DNA of 64,000 bases from Camelus dromedarius (taxonomy: Eukaryota): the NCBI RefSeq assembly GCF_036321535.1, contig NC_087437.1:104410001-104474000 (forward strand), given 5' to 3'. Of this stretch, positions 1 to 11,900 are shown piece after piece. A program made the position numbers and the translations under genes. The notes under the pieces are model-generated. The model saw only the letters and a list, made by a program, of their open reading frames with translations, was not told the origin of the DNA and searched no databases. The number at the start of each line of letters is the position of its first letter. The stretch's first letter is position 1.

Positions 1-223
1 GCATATTCATGGTAAATCAAGAAAAAATTGTTACCAATTTTAATGTGTATGGTTAATGTGAGTGGTTGACTTCTGAATAATTGCAGCTTACAGTGACATT
101 CACATAAAAGGCGCTCAAGATAATGTATAGGTCAGACATTTATAACATATGGAAAATACAAAGATTTTCAAAATATTGTGAAATAAGTCTTTCTAGAGAG
201 ACATCTCATAGATTTAATATTAG

Positions 224-666
224 TGTATTAGTTTCCTAGGGCTGCTGTAACACAGCACCACAAACTGAGGGACTTAAACCAACAGAGATTTATTCTCTCA
301 CAGTTGTGAAAGGTAGAAACCTGAAATCAAGGTGCAGACAGAGCCATGCTCACTCCGAAAGTCAGGGAAGAATTTCCCTGGCCTCTTCCCAGCTTCTGGT
401 GGTTACTGGTCCCACTTCTTGGCATTCTTTGGCTTTTAGGTGCTTCGCTCCAATCTCTGCTTCTGCTGTCATGTGGTGTTCTCCCTCTATATCTGTCTGC
501 ATTATCACCTGGCTTCCTTATAAGTTATTGGAAGTATGGCCCACTCTAATTCAGTAGAACCTCATCTTCACTTAATTAATTGCATCTGAAAAGATCATGT
601 TTCCAAATATGGTCACATGAGATTCTGGGTCGACATGAATTTTGGGAGGACACTTCATCCAGTGCA
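224..666 (-). mobile_element. MaLR solo LTR, MLT1C-like
   Basis: Starts TGTATTAGTTTCCTAGGGCTGCTGTAACA..CACCACAAACTG..TTTATTCTCTCACAGTT and ends ..GACATGAATTTTGGGAGGACAC..CCAGTGCA, the reverse complement of MLT1 LTR termini. Confidence 0.85.
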
Positions 667-1914
667 CTTGGTTATTACGTCTTTTGGGGGCAAAAGAGCC
701 ACACAATAATATAGTTTATAACCATGATTTTTAAAATATTTTTCCATCCAAAGCAGTTGTTATTTCGTCAAAGAAATGCTAATATGGAAAAATAGTGATT
801 AAAGTGGAAATGGTCAACACTGATCTGATTGAACAGGGTTAATGATCTGAAGTTCTCACTCACAATATCATCATAGTTCTCCCTCAACTTGAAAGCCTTT
901 ACAAAAGATAAAAGAGAGAAGGAAGAAGTTATAAGACACAGAAAGATGTAAGATACTTGAAACTCAGTGGATTGTTAATTGCATTAATATTAAGCAGAAT
1001 CTGAAGGAAGAAGAGTAAGTAACTTCCAAAATATTGTATCAATTGAGATTTTCTTTTAAAGTGGTAATGAAAGTGCTGCCAACAGCTCTGGCTAACATAA
1101 AATTAATACTTTTTGCTATTCTGTCTTTTTGGTATGAAGTGATCCTATGTTATATTGCAGACATTCTGCCTTATCTTGGGTATTTTCAGAAAGTAATAAG
1201 AAATGTCATTCAAGGATGTTTGAAGAACTAGAGATCAGAGAGCAAAAAGCCCTTTGATCTTCCTTTGAGTAAAAGAGATATCAAATTGGCAAATGTTATT
1301 ATAAAGTATAATAGCAATCCCATTAACTGAAAAAAAATCATATATTGGCATGATGCTCAATAGAAAAAATAAAGTTTATTATCATATAACCTTAATAACA
1401 GTTCAAGCTCTATAGGAAAACTAAAAATCAGCTGGATTATTCAGCCTTTCAAGTCACTGCAGAAGATAACTTCTGTCTATTGCTTTAAAGTTGTGCTAAA
1501 AAATTTATGAAATAACTTTTTCTTAATTGAAGTAATCAATAATGTTTTGTGTACTTCAGCAACAGTTATTAACTGACATTAACTGATCATAAGAATATTG
1601 GAGCAACAATGTTAATCAAAAACAGTCCTACATTCCTTAATAGCTCCCAATGTGACAATAGCCAAGAAGATAAGAAGTATTTCCAAATAAACGTGCAGTG
1701 ATGATCTTAGTCTCTAAGTAAGTCCATTTTCTTATATTTCAAAACAACAATTTATTCATTAAAGCAAAGGAAGCATCTAATATGTTGTATTCAAACTGCA
1801 GATGAACTTGTTCGCCTGCTATTTCACAAAGCTCCACAATTCCTTTGTTCAGCACATAGTCTTTGAGTTCCTACAAGGTTCTAGTCAGTATTCTAACTGC
1901 CAGAGATTCCTGAG

Positions 1915-2324
1915 TGTTGGAAGAGTCCATCAAAAAGACATGACTGCTGAGATGTCCCTCAAGCTGGACCTGCGCAACTGGGGCAACTGGAGGCTCCCCC
2001 ACCTCCTTGGTCCTTGTAATGTGCATTCTGCTTGTTTTACCCACTTTTCAGAAACTGCTCCAAGGATACCACTCTGAAACAGAATTGTGCTGTTGAGGCT
2101 ATCTGGACTGGGTTCTGACTGAACCCAGTAATTCTTCTAAATAAACTTTTAAGATATGGTGGACATACCTTATTATGCCCACCACAAGCCTCTTAAATAA
2201 GTTCCTTTGCTCCTTAAACCTACCACTTGCCAATCTGTAATGATCCACCTCTTTCTTCTGTCTCCCTGTCCTCTGCCTGGTTTCAGATTATGCCTGGACA
2301 TCTCTTAAGGTTGTGAAGGAACCA
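1915..2324 (+). mobile_element. ERV1-type solo LTR
   Basis: TG...CA termini, flanks TGAG/TGAA (3/4 TSD), LTR-like 3' region (AATAAGTTCCTTTGCTCCTTAAACCTACCACTTG). It splits an otherwise continuous L2 sequence. Confidence 0.6.
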
Positions 2325-2605
2325 TGAATGAAGAAGACAGTCAAAAATCTCTGCCTCACAGAAACTACATTTTGGTATTAGGGGAAGACAATAAAAGCAA
2401 AGCATAAACTGCATAGGGTTATGGAAGCTTGTAAATGCATTTTAAAAATTGAATCTGGAATTGGAAATTGGTTGCACAGCATGGGTTAATTCAAATTCCA
2501 ACAAGAGAAGTTCTCACTGAGAAGGTGATATTTGATCAAAGCTTTGAAAGAGGTGAAAGAATGAGCCATGGGAGTATCTATGGAAGAGCATTACAGGTAG
2601 AGGAA

Positions 2606-2925
2606 CAGGTATACCTTGGAGATACTAGGGGTTTGGTTCCAGACCACTCAAGAAAGCTAATATCACAATAAAGTGAGTCACATGAATTTTTTGGTTTACC
2701 AATGCATGTTAAAGACATGTTTATGCTATGCTGCAGTCTAGTAAGTGTGCAATAGCATAATGTCTGATAAAACCAATGTATATACTTTAATTAAAAATAA
2801 TGCTGTTGGAAAAATAGCACTGATACACTTGCTCTGTGCAGGATTCCCACAAACATTCAATTTACAAAAATGGCAGCATCTGCAAAGGGCAGTAAAGTGA
2901 AACACAATAAAATGAGGCATGACTG
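2606..2925 (-). mobile_element. Internally deleted, non-autonomous Tigger1 (TcMar-Tigger) DNA transposon
   Basis: Termini CAGGTATACCTTGGAGATACT..GGTTCCAGACCAC and ..ATAAAATGAGGCATGACTG followed by TA match both Tigger1 ends. No transposase; about 320 bp. Confidence 0.85.
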
Positions 2926-3402
2926 TACTCACCAGAATAGAAGCCCTGAGTGGCCAGAACGGAGTATTTCTATGGTGGAGGGGAGATGACAGTAGATGGG
3001 ATCAGAGAGATGACAAAGGGGCCAAGTCATGGAGATGAAGCTGTGTTCATGCTCATCCAGACAATGACAAATTCTGAATACTCTGGGGTGCCATGAGTTA
3101 TGCTACTCAGGCATCTATTTTCCACTTAATATTATGAATGTATTTATTTTCAGATAATTCCATATACAAATACACTTATACAGAAAATAAGTATTCTAGA
3201 AAACATTATTTTCTTCATGATTGCAAAATTTTAAAAAATTACCTAATCTAGGCATAAAACAATGATTTCTTATTTCAGATACATAACAAAAGTATTTACT
3301 GTATATAGAAGTTTTGCATTAATATTATCAAAATTATCAAAAATTTTGATATATGACTAGTTAGGACTAATTTTGGTACAATAAGTATCAAACAATAGAA
3401 TT

Positions 3403-3921
3403 TGTGGTACCAAGCCACCAGCAAAGCCCTCAATGATCTCAGCAACTAATCTTGATCCCCTGGTGTAGTTTCCTCCATGTGATACTGGGTTGGTCTGTAT
3501 GTCAAGCAGCATTATGACAGAATTAATGGTTTGTCACTCCTAAGATTAAATTATAATTGCTCCTGCTCTCATCAATCACTCTTGGGAAACAAGCTTTTAT
3601 GTTGTGAGCAGCCTTATGGAGAAAACTACATGATGAGGAAACAAAACCTCTCGCCAAGAGCCAAGAAGGATGAAGCCCGACAATAACCACAGTGAAGGAG
3701 CTTGCAGATATGTTCACAGGACTTGGAGTCTTGAGTCTCAGAGCCTTGAATCACCAACCAACAGTACGGCTGCCATCCTGTGGGAGATCCAGAGACAGGC
3801 ATTTTCAGCAAAGCCCCTCCCAGAATCTCGACCCTCAGACACTGCATAAGAAGTAAGTGCTTATCGTGTCAAGCTGCTGTATTTTAAGACAATTTGTTAC
3901 AAAGCAAAATAACACCGTGCA
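3403..3921 (+). mobile_element. 5' LTR of an old MaLR provirus (MLT1F/G-like)
   Basis: TGTGG start and MLT1 3' motif ..CAGACACTGCATAAGAAGTAAGTGCTTATCG..AAGCTGCTGTATTTT..AATTTGTTACAAAGCA. Followed directly by the MaLR internal start ATTTTGGTATCAG..AAATGTGGGAATGGCTTTGAAAC. Confidence 0.75.
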
Positions 3922-6627
3922 TATTTTGGTATCAGAATCTGCATCCTAAAGAAACAAACTTGAAATGTGGGAATGGCTTTGAAACCAGACAGTAAAACTT
4001 AAGAATGATAGTAAAAGTCTAAAGCATTTTTTGAAGCATTTAATAGAATTTTATGGTCTTTGATAGATCTACCAGAGAGGACTTACCAGAAGAGAAGGAA
4101 ATGTTTTTAAAAATTAGAGAAAGGGGTTTATTGTAATATAGTAACAGAATGTTTAGCAACACTATAGTCAACAATGTAGTCTTTAGAGTTAGATATAAAG
4201 TTAGATTTAATGAGGCTAATGTAGTCAAATACTGAGAAAAGTTTGAGATTTTTATCCTGTTTGAAAGCTAGCAAATTGGCCTGCCACAATCCCACTGATG
4301 CTAACAGAGGACATCAGAGTCCTCAGAGACAAAGAACTGTACATGCCTCAAATCACTGCATATGCCACAAGATCCAGATTTGCTCCAGCTAATTTTCCTT
4401 CCCATGTCCCAAAGGTGATGCAAAGCAGCTTTGGGTGATGTTGAATTTGTGTCATCAATGAGGAACCACAAACTTTAGAGACTCCCCATCTTAGGAGGGA
4501 ACTGTATGAAAACTATGGTAGGCAGAATTCTTCCTCCAAGAATTCCAGAGCCTGTGAATATAACATGGTATATATCAAAGTCCCTCTGCAGGTGGAGGCT
4601 ACAATAAGAATCTTGAGATTGGGAGAATACCCTGATGGGCCCAAAATAATTAGAAATGTCCTCATAAGTGAAAGAGGGAAATAGAAAAGTCAGTGTCAGA
4701 GTAATGCAGCATGAAAAAGCTTGGACCAATCATTGCTGGCTTTGAAGATGGAAGTGGTCCATGGAGCCAAGAATGGCAAGAAAACAGATTCTCCCTGGGA
4801 GCCTCCAGAACAAGTGCAGCCTTGCCAACATCTTGATTTCAGCCCAGTAAGACTCATTTCAGACTTCTGATCTCTAGAACTATAAGCTATTATTTTTATG
4901 TGGTCTTAAACTACCACATTTATGGGAATTTATTACAGCAGCCTAAGGAAATTATTACAGATAATGCCTGGAAGTAGTGTGTTGCTCTAACAATTACCTA
5001 AAAAACAATAAATGATTTTGAAATTGGGGGTTGGTCAGAAACTGGAAAAAAATTGAGGAGCATTCTAGAAACAACTTAGATTGCCTTGAACAGACTTTTA
5101 GTAGAAATATGGATATTTAAGACTCCACTGGTGAAGGTTTAGAAGAAAGTGATGAGCATGGTAGAGAAAACATATCACCTTAGAGAATCCCTAACTCATT
5201 GTAAGCTGACTGGTGACAGATGTATATGGACATTAAAGGTATTTCTGGTGAGGACTCAAACAGAAATGAAAAACATGTTATTGGAAACTGGAGGAGAGAT
5301 ATCCTTCTTATTCAGTGGCAGGAAGTTTGGCTGAATTGTGTCTTGCAGCTCTGTGCAAAGAAAATTTTGTATGTGATAAACTTGGAAATTTAACTGAGGA
5401 AAATTTCCAAGCAAAATGCTGAAGATGTGACATGGTTGCTTCTTGCTGCCCAGAGTAAAATGCAGGAGGAAAGGAATACACTGAGGGAAGAACTATGAAG
5501 TAAAAGGAAACAGAATTTAATTATTTGAAAACAAAATCAGCCTATCCAGACTGCAAAAGATGCTAAATTAGGAGGTTCACCATCAGGACAATATGCTCTA
5601 GAAAGAATGCCATGGGTATGACTGGAAAAAGTCGCTAGTGCCGAGGAAGGAACAAAAGGTCATACATAGTGTTCACTCCCAAAAAGATTCTTTGAAGGTG
5701 TTTCAACTCATGCATCACCTCAGGCATCTGGAAAGAAGCCAGGAGTAAGTATGTATTATTCAGGAGAGATCTGTTGTAAAGCCTCTTGTCTGATAGAGCA
5801 AATCCCCATGACATACATGGGGAACTCACAAGGGTCCTAAAAATTTTTTACCAACAGACAATCTGCTAGCTTGACCAAAAGGGACAGAGAGAGGATGAAA
5901 TGATTGAAAGACGGCTGTTGGGCTCTCAAAATTCTGTAGCAGAAAACAGACAGGTAAAATTACTAAGCTGCAGACATGAGCTACACTCCTAAAAGATAAA
6001 GGTTAACTGTGAGGGTACAGGAGCCCTGACTCAGGGAGTAGAGCTGAGAGCCAAAGAAAGCTAGTGCTTTGAAAGCTAATGCTGTGTGCCCAGCTGGGTT
6101 TCAAAACCGTGTGAACTGTCAACTCCTTTTTTGCTTCTGTTTTCTCCTATTTTGAGTAGGAATATCAGTAACTACTATCTGCCCCGCCATTGCATTTTGG
6201 AGGCATATAACTTGTATTCTTGTTCCACAGACCTACAGACAGAGTGGAATTTTGCCCTAAGATGAATTACAACCAAAGCTTTACTCAAACCTGATTTAAA
6301 TGCTGAGATTTGGGAGTGTTGAGCCAATGAGACATGATTTGGACTTGAGTCAAGGCCATAATTGGTTGAGACTTCTGGAGATGTTGCTATGGTATGATTT
6401 CATTTTGTGTGTGAGATGGAATTAAATCTTTGGGGTCCAAAATATACTCTACGGTTGGCAGGATAATGGCCCTACAAAGGTGCCGTGTCTTAATCCTCAG
6501 AATTTGTGAATATGTTACCTTATCGGTGAAAGCAAGTTTGCAGCGGCGACTAAGTTGAGAATCTTGAGATGGGGAGACATCCCAGAATTTTCCAGATTGT
6601 CTAGGTGGGCTCAATGTAATCACAAGG

Positions 6628-6932
6628 TTTGTTTGTTTGTTTGTTTGTTTGTTTTCTTTTTCAGGATGGCAGCTTTAATCATCATGGCCAAGGCCCCTCA
6701 GGATCCCTCCACTACAAACCTCTTTGGCCAGAAACCCATCCTTGACCATCCCCAGAAATCATTTCCCAAGAGGCCTCCGCCCTTGGGCCACTGACATAAG
6801 AAACTGACATCCTGTGTCAGTCTGTGGGTGTCTTGGGCCTATGGGCCACTCTTCCCCAGAGGCCTATTGGACACTCAGGCATGGGATTAAGCAGCAGTGA
6901 GCCGGCTCTTCTGACCATGTCCAGCTTCTCCT
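6628..6932 (-). pseudogene. 5'-truncated processed retrocopy (mRNA 3' end) inserted in the MLT1D 3' LTR; parent gene not identified
   Basis: GC-richer, non-LTR insert. On the - strand: short frame ..GEAGHGQKSRLTAA-TAA (stop 6887-6889), a ~210-nt UTR-like stretch, ATTAAA (6674-6679), then an A-rich tail decayed to (CAAA)n (6628-6661). Confidence 0.7.
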
Positions 6933-7030
6933 AGGGCAGAAGAGTCAATGTAGGAGTGATACAACATGAGACAGACTGGACTAGCCATTTATGACTCTGA
7001 AGATGGATGGAGCTGTGAGCCAAGGAGAAA

Positions 7031-7042
7031 TGTATGTATGTA

Positions 7043-7074
<32 letters not shown>

Positions 7075-7085
7075 CACACACACAC
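7031..7085. repeat. Compound microsatellite (TGTA)n(TG)n(TA)5(CA)n
   Basis: Read directly from the sequence. Confidence 0.95.
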
Positions 7086-8340
7086 TTGTGATTTAAGCAA
7101 TCAAGTTTGTTACAGCAGCAATAAAAGGCTAATACATAAACCTACAAAATAACTGCCACAGAAGGAGACACAATCTTTATCATCCCAGGCAACAAATCCT
7201 GGAGATACAATCTCTGTCTTCCAAGTCTGTTTGCTATGCAGACGTTCTGCTATGCAGAAGCACCATAGACCCATGGAGAATTGTTTCTCAATGAGGAAAA
7301 TTCCAATCATAGTGTGGAAAGTACTGCATGGTTTCCTCTTATTGCTTATAGTAATAAGTGAGAGAAGTGAGAGAAAACAAAGGGAAGGTTGTTAAAATAT
7401 TAACACTTGATGGCTTTGAAAGCTCTCAAGTTTTTCAGATGGCAAAGGATGCTAGTGTTCTAAGGAAAGATCAAATACATGACTGCTAAAAAATAAAATA
7501 GACCAAAGATAAAACTGAAGGTATAACTGAAAATCTTCTGTTGAGACCTCAGAAAGATCAAAGGTTACTTCAGACAAAAGACTCTCCAAATAGATAAAAC
7601 ATGTGCCTCAGATATCCTTTCCGTCAAACATTACAACTTTTAAAAACCTGAAGGTCATTGCCCCTCAACCTTCCCAGATGAAATGCAAGGTGGAGAAGGC
7701 TTATCTCCAAGAGATTACAAATGTGGCTTTTATCTAATGGTAGGAAACTCAATAAGAGTCACAACTTTTAAAAGGAATTCTGTATTCAGAAACATTACCA
7801 ACTTTGACTGAAAAGGTCAGAGAAAGTATAAAATGAAAAGAGAACCTTTGACTCACAAAATCCTAGTAACAGTAAGCAGACTGAGAAGCAACATGTGCTA
7901 CCTTTCATGAAAAAAGAAGCACAACTCAGAGTGGAACCGAGACCCTCCATCAATTATTTGCTGGCCTTGAGACCTAAGCGTAGAATGTACAGCTCTTGCC
8001 TGGCTGAATTTTAGAATTGTTTTGAACCAGTGTCTACTTTTTCCTTCTATTTTCTCCCCTTTTTGAAGATGTTGTCTGTGCTAACTTCACTGTTATCAGC
8101 TGGGTGTTTCGGGGGCAGATAACTTGTCATTTTAGTTTTACAAGTCAAGAAGGACTATACTTGAACGACTATACTTAAGGAATCAGATTCAAGGAGCTTC
8201 ATTCCCCCTGGACCTGATTTAGATGCAGGATCTGGATTTGAGCTGATTTTGTAATAGATAAGACTTTAGGGAGGCCTAAGGAGAAGGTGGGTGTGTTTTG
8301 CTTGTAGGAGGAATATGAATTATTGATAGCCACACAAGGC

Positions 8341-8876
8341 TGGGGTTGCCAGCTTCCAGGATGGCCACCAGTGTTCCCCATTGGTTGGTCTCACACATTT
8401 GTATGGACTCCTCCCATATGACTGGGGTTTGTCAATGTACAAATACCATAGGGCAGAATATTGTTCTCTCTGTCTCTCCCTCTTTGTCTCTCTCCTGTCT
8501 TTCCTCCATCTCTCCCTTTCCTCTCTTCCTCCTGTTACTCTCTGGCAGAAATAAGCTGTCAGGTTGAGCAGACATATGAGGAGGCCTATGTCTTGTGAAA
8601 CTAAACCTCCAGGCAGAGCCTGTAAGGAACTCAAAGGCCAACAATCAGGTGAGTGAACTTGGAAGCAAATTCTGAAGCACCAGTTAAGGCTTGGAGTGGC
8701 TGCTGTCCTCCCTAAGGGCTTGGTTTGACCTTGTTACAAACTCTGAGCTAAAACCGCCCAGCTCAGCTCCTGGTAGATTCCTGACTGTCAGAAACTGCGG
8801 GAGAAAATAAACATTTGCTATTTTAAACTACAAAGTTTTAGGGTAATTTGTTACCCAGCAACAAATAACTTGTTCA
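8341..8876 (+). mobile_element. 3' LTR of the outer MLT1F/G-like provirus
   Basis: Ends ..GATTCCTGACTGTCAGAAACTGCGGGAGAAAATAAACATTTGCTATTTTAAACTACAAAGTTTTAGGGTAATTTGTTACCCAGCAACAAATAACTTGTTCA; similar to 3403-3921. Confidence 0.75.
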
Positions 8877-10459
8877 GTTTTGTTTTAGATTTTCCAAATT
8901 AGCTTGCTTCAAAACTGTAATTATCACTTTAAGAGAGAAGCATTCTCAGACTTATAAAAAAAAGTGAAAATTCAAAATACTTTTTAAATGATATTGGAAA
9001 ATATTATAATACATATATTAGACCAATAAAAATCAAATTCTGACTATTGATGACAAAACTCAAAAGTGCAACTTATTAAAAAATAAATCAGTGCAAAAAT
9101 TATTTTTAAATAACACTGATTTTTTATTGTTGTTTTTATTTGCAATCATGTGTTTTTGTACTGCTGATTTTGTTCTTTCTCTAACTATGAATTAAAAAGT
9201 AAATAAACATTAAATCGCTGAGGACATGAAACATTAAAGCATGAATGACATGTTCCTGCCCCTACTTCAGAAAAAAGTGGCAAAACACATTTAAAATTTT
9301 CTGAATCAATTTTTAATTCATAGTTTGAGTTTTATGGGAAAAAGAAAGGTAGATTTACAGGAAATAAAGAATCACATGAATAATAAATTAATAATTTTAT
9401 TAATTTAAAAAATCAGTCTCAAACATATAAATCAAATAATGATTTTAGCACAACTTACCATGCCGTTATAATGGAGAGAAAGTGAAGCAAAAATTTTAAT
9501 TATAAAAAGATGCTTTTTCTCTGTGGTAATAAATTTCTGTTGCTTGTATATAACTTTCTAATATAAAATTTAGAAAGAATTACAAAGTGCCCTATTTGTA
9601 CTGATTCATGAAAACTCTTAATTCCTAAGATCTTCTATTCTGTTTTCATTATCAGTTAGCAGTTACTTTTTCTATTAGATGCTATAGTTTCATTAAAGTT
9701 GTTAATTTTAAGATTTTGCTTCCTTAAATTGTTCAATAACTTAGAAACTTCTTTATGCTTTCTTTTACATTTTTAGAAATCCTATTTTAATAAATCTTGA
9801 GTGTCCTAAAAATTAAAACTTGCTTTGTAGTTTCCTGCAATGGTACACATATGTTTTATAATAATTAGTACATGTGAAATATACAAATGAGGAAGTAATT
9901 GAAAACAGTCAACTTATTAAATAATCATCAATTTATGTTGTTTCTTATGTTTTCCATAGTTAAATTTCCATATTGATGAATCAAGACTGTAACTTCTTCT
10001 TTTGTTTATATCTCAAAATTTTTCTCTATTTGGCAAAAGCAAAATACAGATATATATTTCTGTTTCACATGTTTTTGTAGTTTCTATACTTACTAATTAA
10101 ATAATGAGAAAAATATTGTCCTGTAAAATATGTTTTCTCCAAATTTTAAATAAATATCCACCTGCGTATATTGAATGACATGCAACATTCTCACTGGTCT
10201 AAAATGATAGCTGTAGCCTATTGTCATTCCCTATGTATAATCAGATTCTTATTTTTGTTCATCTCTTACTTATTTGCCAATGTCTGTTTCAATTTGTAAA
10301 ATAAGTGTGATGTTTTAAAAGCCATTTCATTTTAATAATGCAAGGATCTATTCCAAGTCTTTCTTGTTGACTTAGAAATTTTTCTTAGAAAGTTCTCTAT
10401 TGACTCTCCCCATTTCATTCAGGAATTACTTTCAAGTTGAAAATAACCTGAAAATTCTT

Positions 10460-10960
10460 CTCACAGAGATTTCTAGTGTTCCCTGGACCCAGTGCTCCTC
10501 CTCCTCCAGGGTGATGGGATGGGGGTGCACTGTGGATAACTTCCTGCTCCTTGGAATTAATCAGAGATTTGTTGCTATCTCTTGCCAATTAACCCAGTCC
10601 AGAAATTAAATGAGTCTTTCGTGGCTTAAAGTTCACATGAGTTCTCCTTAGTCTTCTTTTCCTTGTCGCAGTTTCCAAACAAGACCTCCCGTGGAACAGA
10701 AAGGACACAAGATCAAAGGCCAAGTTGCTGGATCTCTCCACGGAAGATGACTTCCTTGGATGGCTTACCAGGCCCACATGATCAGTATGGGATATATTAG
10801 TGGGATTCAGTTGCATCTTTTTATAGGTAACCTGCCAATTACAAAACTCTTTATTAGTTTTTCCACTTCCTGCATTCTTCTTGAAGTGATCTCTCAAACA
10901 AAATGCTTAAAGACAAATCCTTGCATCAGGCTCTATATTTAGAAGATGCCAAACTAGAAT
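10460..10960 (+). mobile_element. Old ERVL-class LTR (LTR16/LTR33-like)
   Basis: 3' end ..TCTCTCAAACAAAATGCTTAAGACAAATCCTTGCATCAGGCTCTATATTTAGAAGATGCCAAACTAGAA resembles the LTR16-type terminus. Confidence 0.5.
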
Positions 10961-11199
10961 AATAAAAATGCCTCAAACTTCCAATGATAATGTAAAGACA
11001 AATAAGACAGCTTGGTCACTGGGCTCTGCTCTCAGTGCCAGCTTTCTTAATAACATCACCTATTCTGCTGACACTACTCTGTAGGAAATAAAACATGAGA
11101 GCTCCTGAATCAACAGGATCTCAGAGAAAGTTAAAGGTAAAGAATCAAGAGAAAGGATCATTATTCTGTGTGGCAGGGACATACATTGACCACCTTAAA

Positions 11200-11490
11200 T
11201 GTTTTTTAAGTCTTTATTTTATAGAGTAGTTTTAGGTTCACAGCAAAGTTGAGAGGAAGGTACAGAGATTTTCCATAGACCTCCTGCCTACACATATAGC
11301 CTCCCCCACTACCAATATCCCCCACCAGAGTACATTTGTTATAATCAAGGAGGCTACATTAACACATCATGATCACCCAAAATCTGTAGTTTCCATTACA
11401 GCTCACTCTTCCTGATGAACATTCAAAGGGTTTGGACAAATATACCACCATTATGGTATCATTCAGAGCATTTTTCACCATTATAGCATC
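11200..11490 (-). mobile_element. LINE-1 3' UTR fragment (L1MC-like)
   Basis: TAGAGTAGTTTTAGGTTCACAGCAAAGTTGAGAGGAAGGTACAGAGATTTTCCATAGACC..CATCATGATCACCCAAAATC. Confidence 0.8.
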
Positions 11491-11589
11491 ATTATACTGG
11501 GAGTTTTAGTTACTATAAAGAGGTAAAAATTAAATAAAATGTATACAAAATAGGAAAGAAGAAATCAAACTGTCATTAAGACTCAATGG

Positions 11590-11900
11590 AGAGTATGTTG
11601 AGAGATTTCTGGGAAAGGTTTTCAAATTCGCTTTTAAATTTTGATCTTTGTTCAGGTCATTTTTTTTTTCTTTTCACTCTTTGCCTTCCTCCTTTAGATA
11701 ATGGCATGAGATGATGTGCTATGTGGTGTTGCTTCAGAGATCTTGAAATAATGAGGGAAAGTCTAAGGAAATATGTAAGTATCAGCCTAGGGCTGTGATA
11801 TCACTAAACTGCTGATCTTACCCAGCATCTCCTGCTGAGGAGTTTTTGATCAGGAAGACAATTATATGTTTCCATTTTATAAGCACTTTTTCTCCTTAAA
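11590..11900 (+). mobile_element. Very old MaLR LTR fragment (MLT1J/K-like)
   Basis: TTTCTGGGAAAGGTTTTC..ATCTTGAAATAATGAGGG..GATATCACTAAACTGCTGA..CCAGCATCTCCTG motifs. Confidence 0.35.

Larger units (their letters stand above)
1840..3050 (-). mobile_element. LINE-2 3' fragment interrupted by an LTR (1915-2324) and a Tigger1 derivative (2606-2925)
   Basis: L2-like text on both sides of the insertions: ..GAAGACAGTCAAAAATCTCTGCCTCACAG.. and ..CTCACTGAGAAGGTGATATTTGATCAAAG..GAATGAGCCATG..GGAAGAGCATTACAGGTAGAGGAA. Confidence 0.65.
4514..7136 (+). mobile_element. Full-structure MaLR provirus, MLT1D-like: 5' LTR 4514-4959, internal 4960-6449, 3' LTR 6450-7136
   Basis: Two alignable LTRs (TATGGTAGGCAGAAT.. 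/ TACGGTTGGCAGGAT..; ends ..ATTATTACA / ..GCTAATACA), a ~1.5-kb MaLR internal region, and 5-bp TSD AAAAC (4509-4513) / TAAAC (7137-7141). Confidence 0.85.
4220..7290 (-). mobile_element. ERVL-class solo LTR (MER54/MER74-like), split into 4220-4513 and 7137-7290 by the MLT1D provirus
   Basis: TGAGATTTTTATCCTGTTTGAAAGCTAGCAAATTGGCCTGCCAC..GATGCTAACAGAGGACATCAGAGTCCTCAGAGACAAAGAACT resembles the reverse-complement 3' end of MER54/74. The sequence is non-MaLR on both sides of the inner provirus. Confidence 0.55.
3922..8340 (+). mobile_element. MaLR internal region (MLT1-int) of the outer provirus, present as 3922-4219 and 7291-8340 around nested insertions
   Basis: 7291 onward (TGAGGAAAATTCCAATC..GCATGGTTTCCTCTTATTGCTTATAGTAA) is paralogous to 5394 onward of the inner MLT1-int. 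Ends with the typical GTGTGTTTTGCTTGTAGGAGGAATATGAATT before the 3' LTR. Confidence 0.7.
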
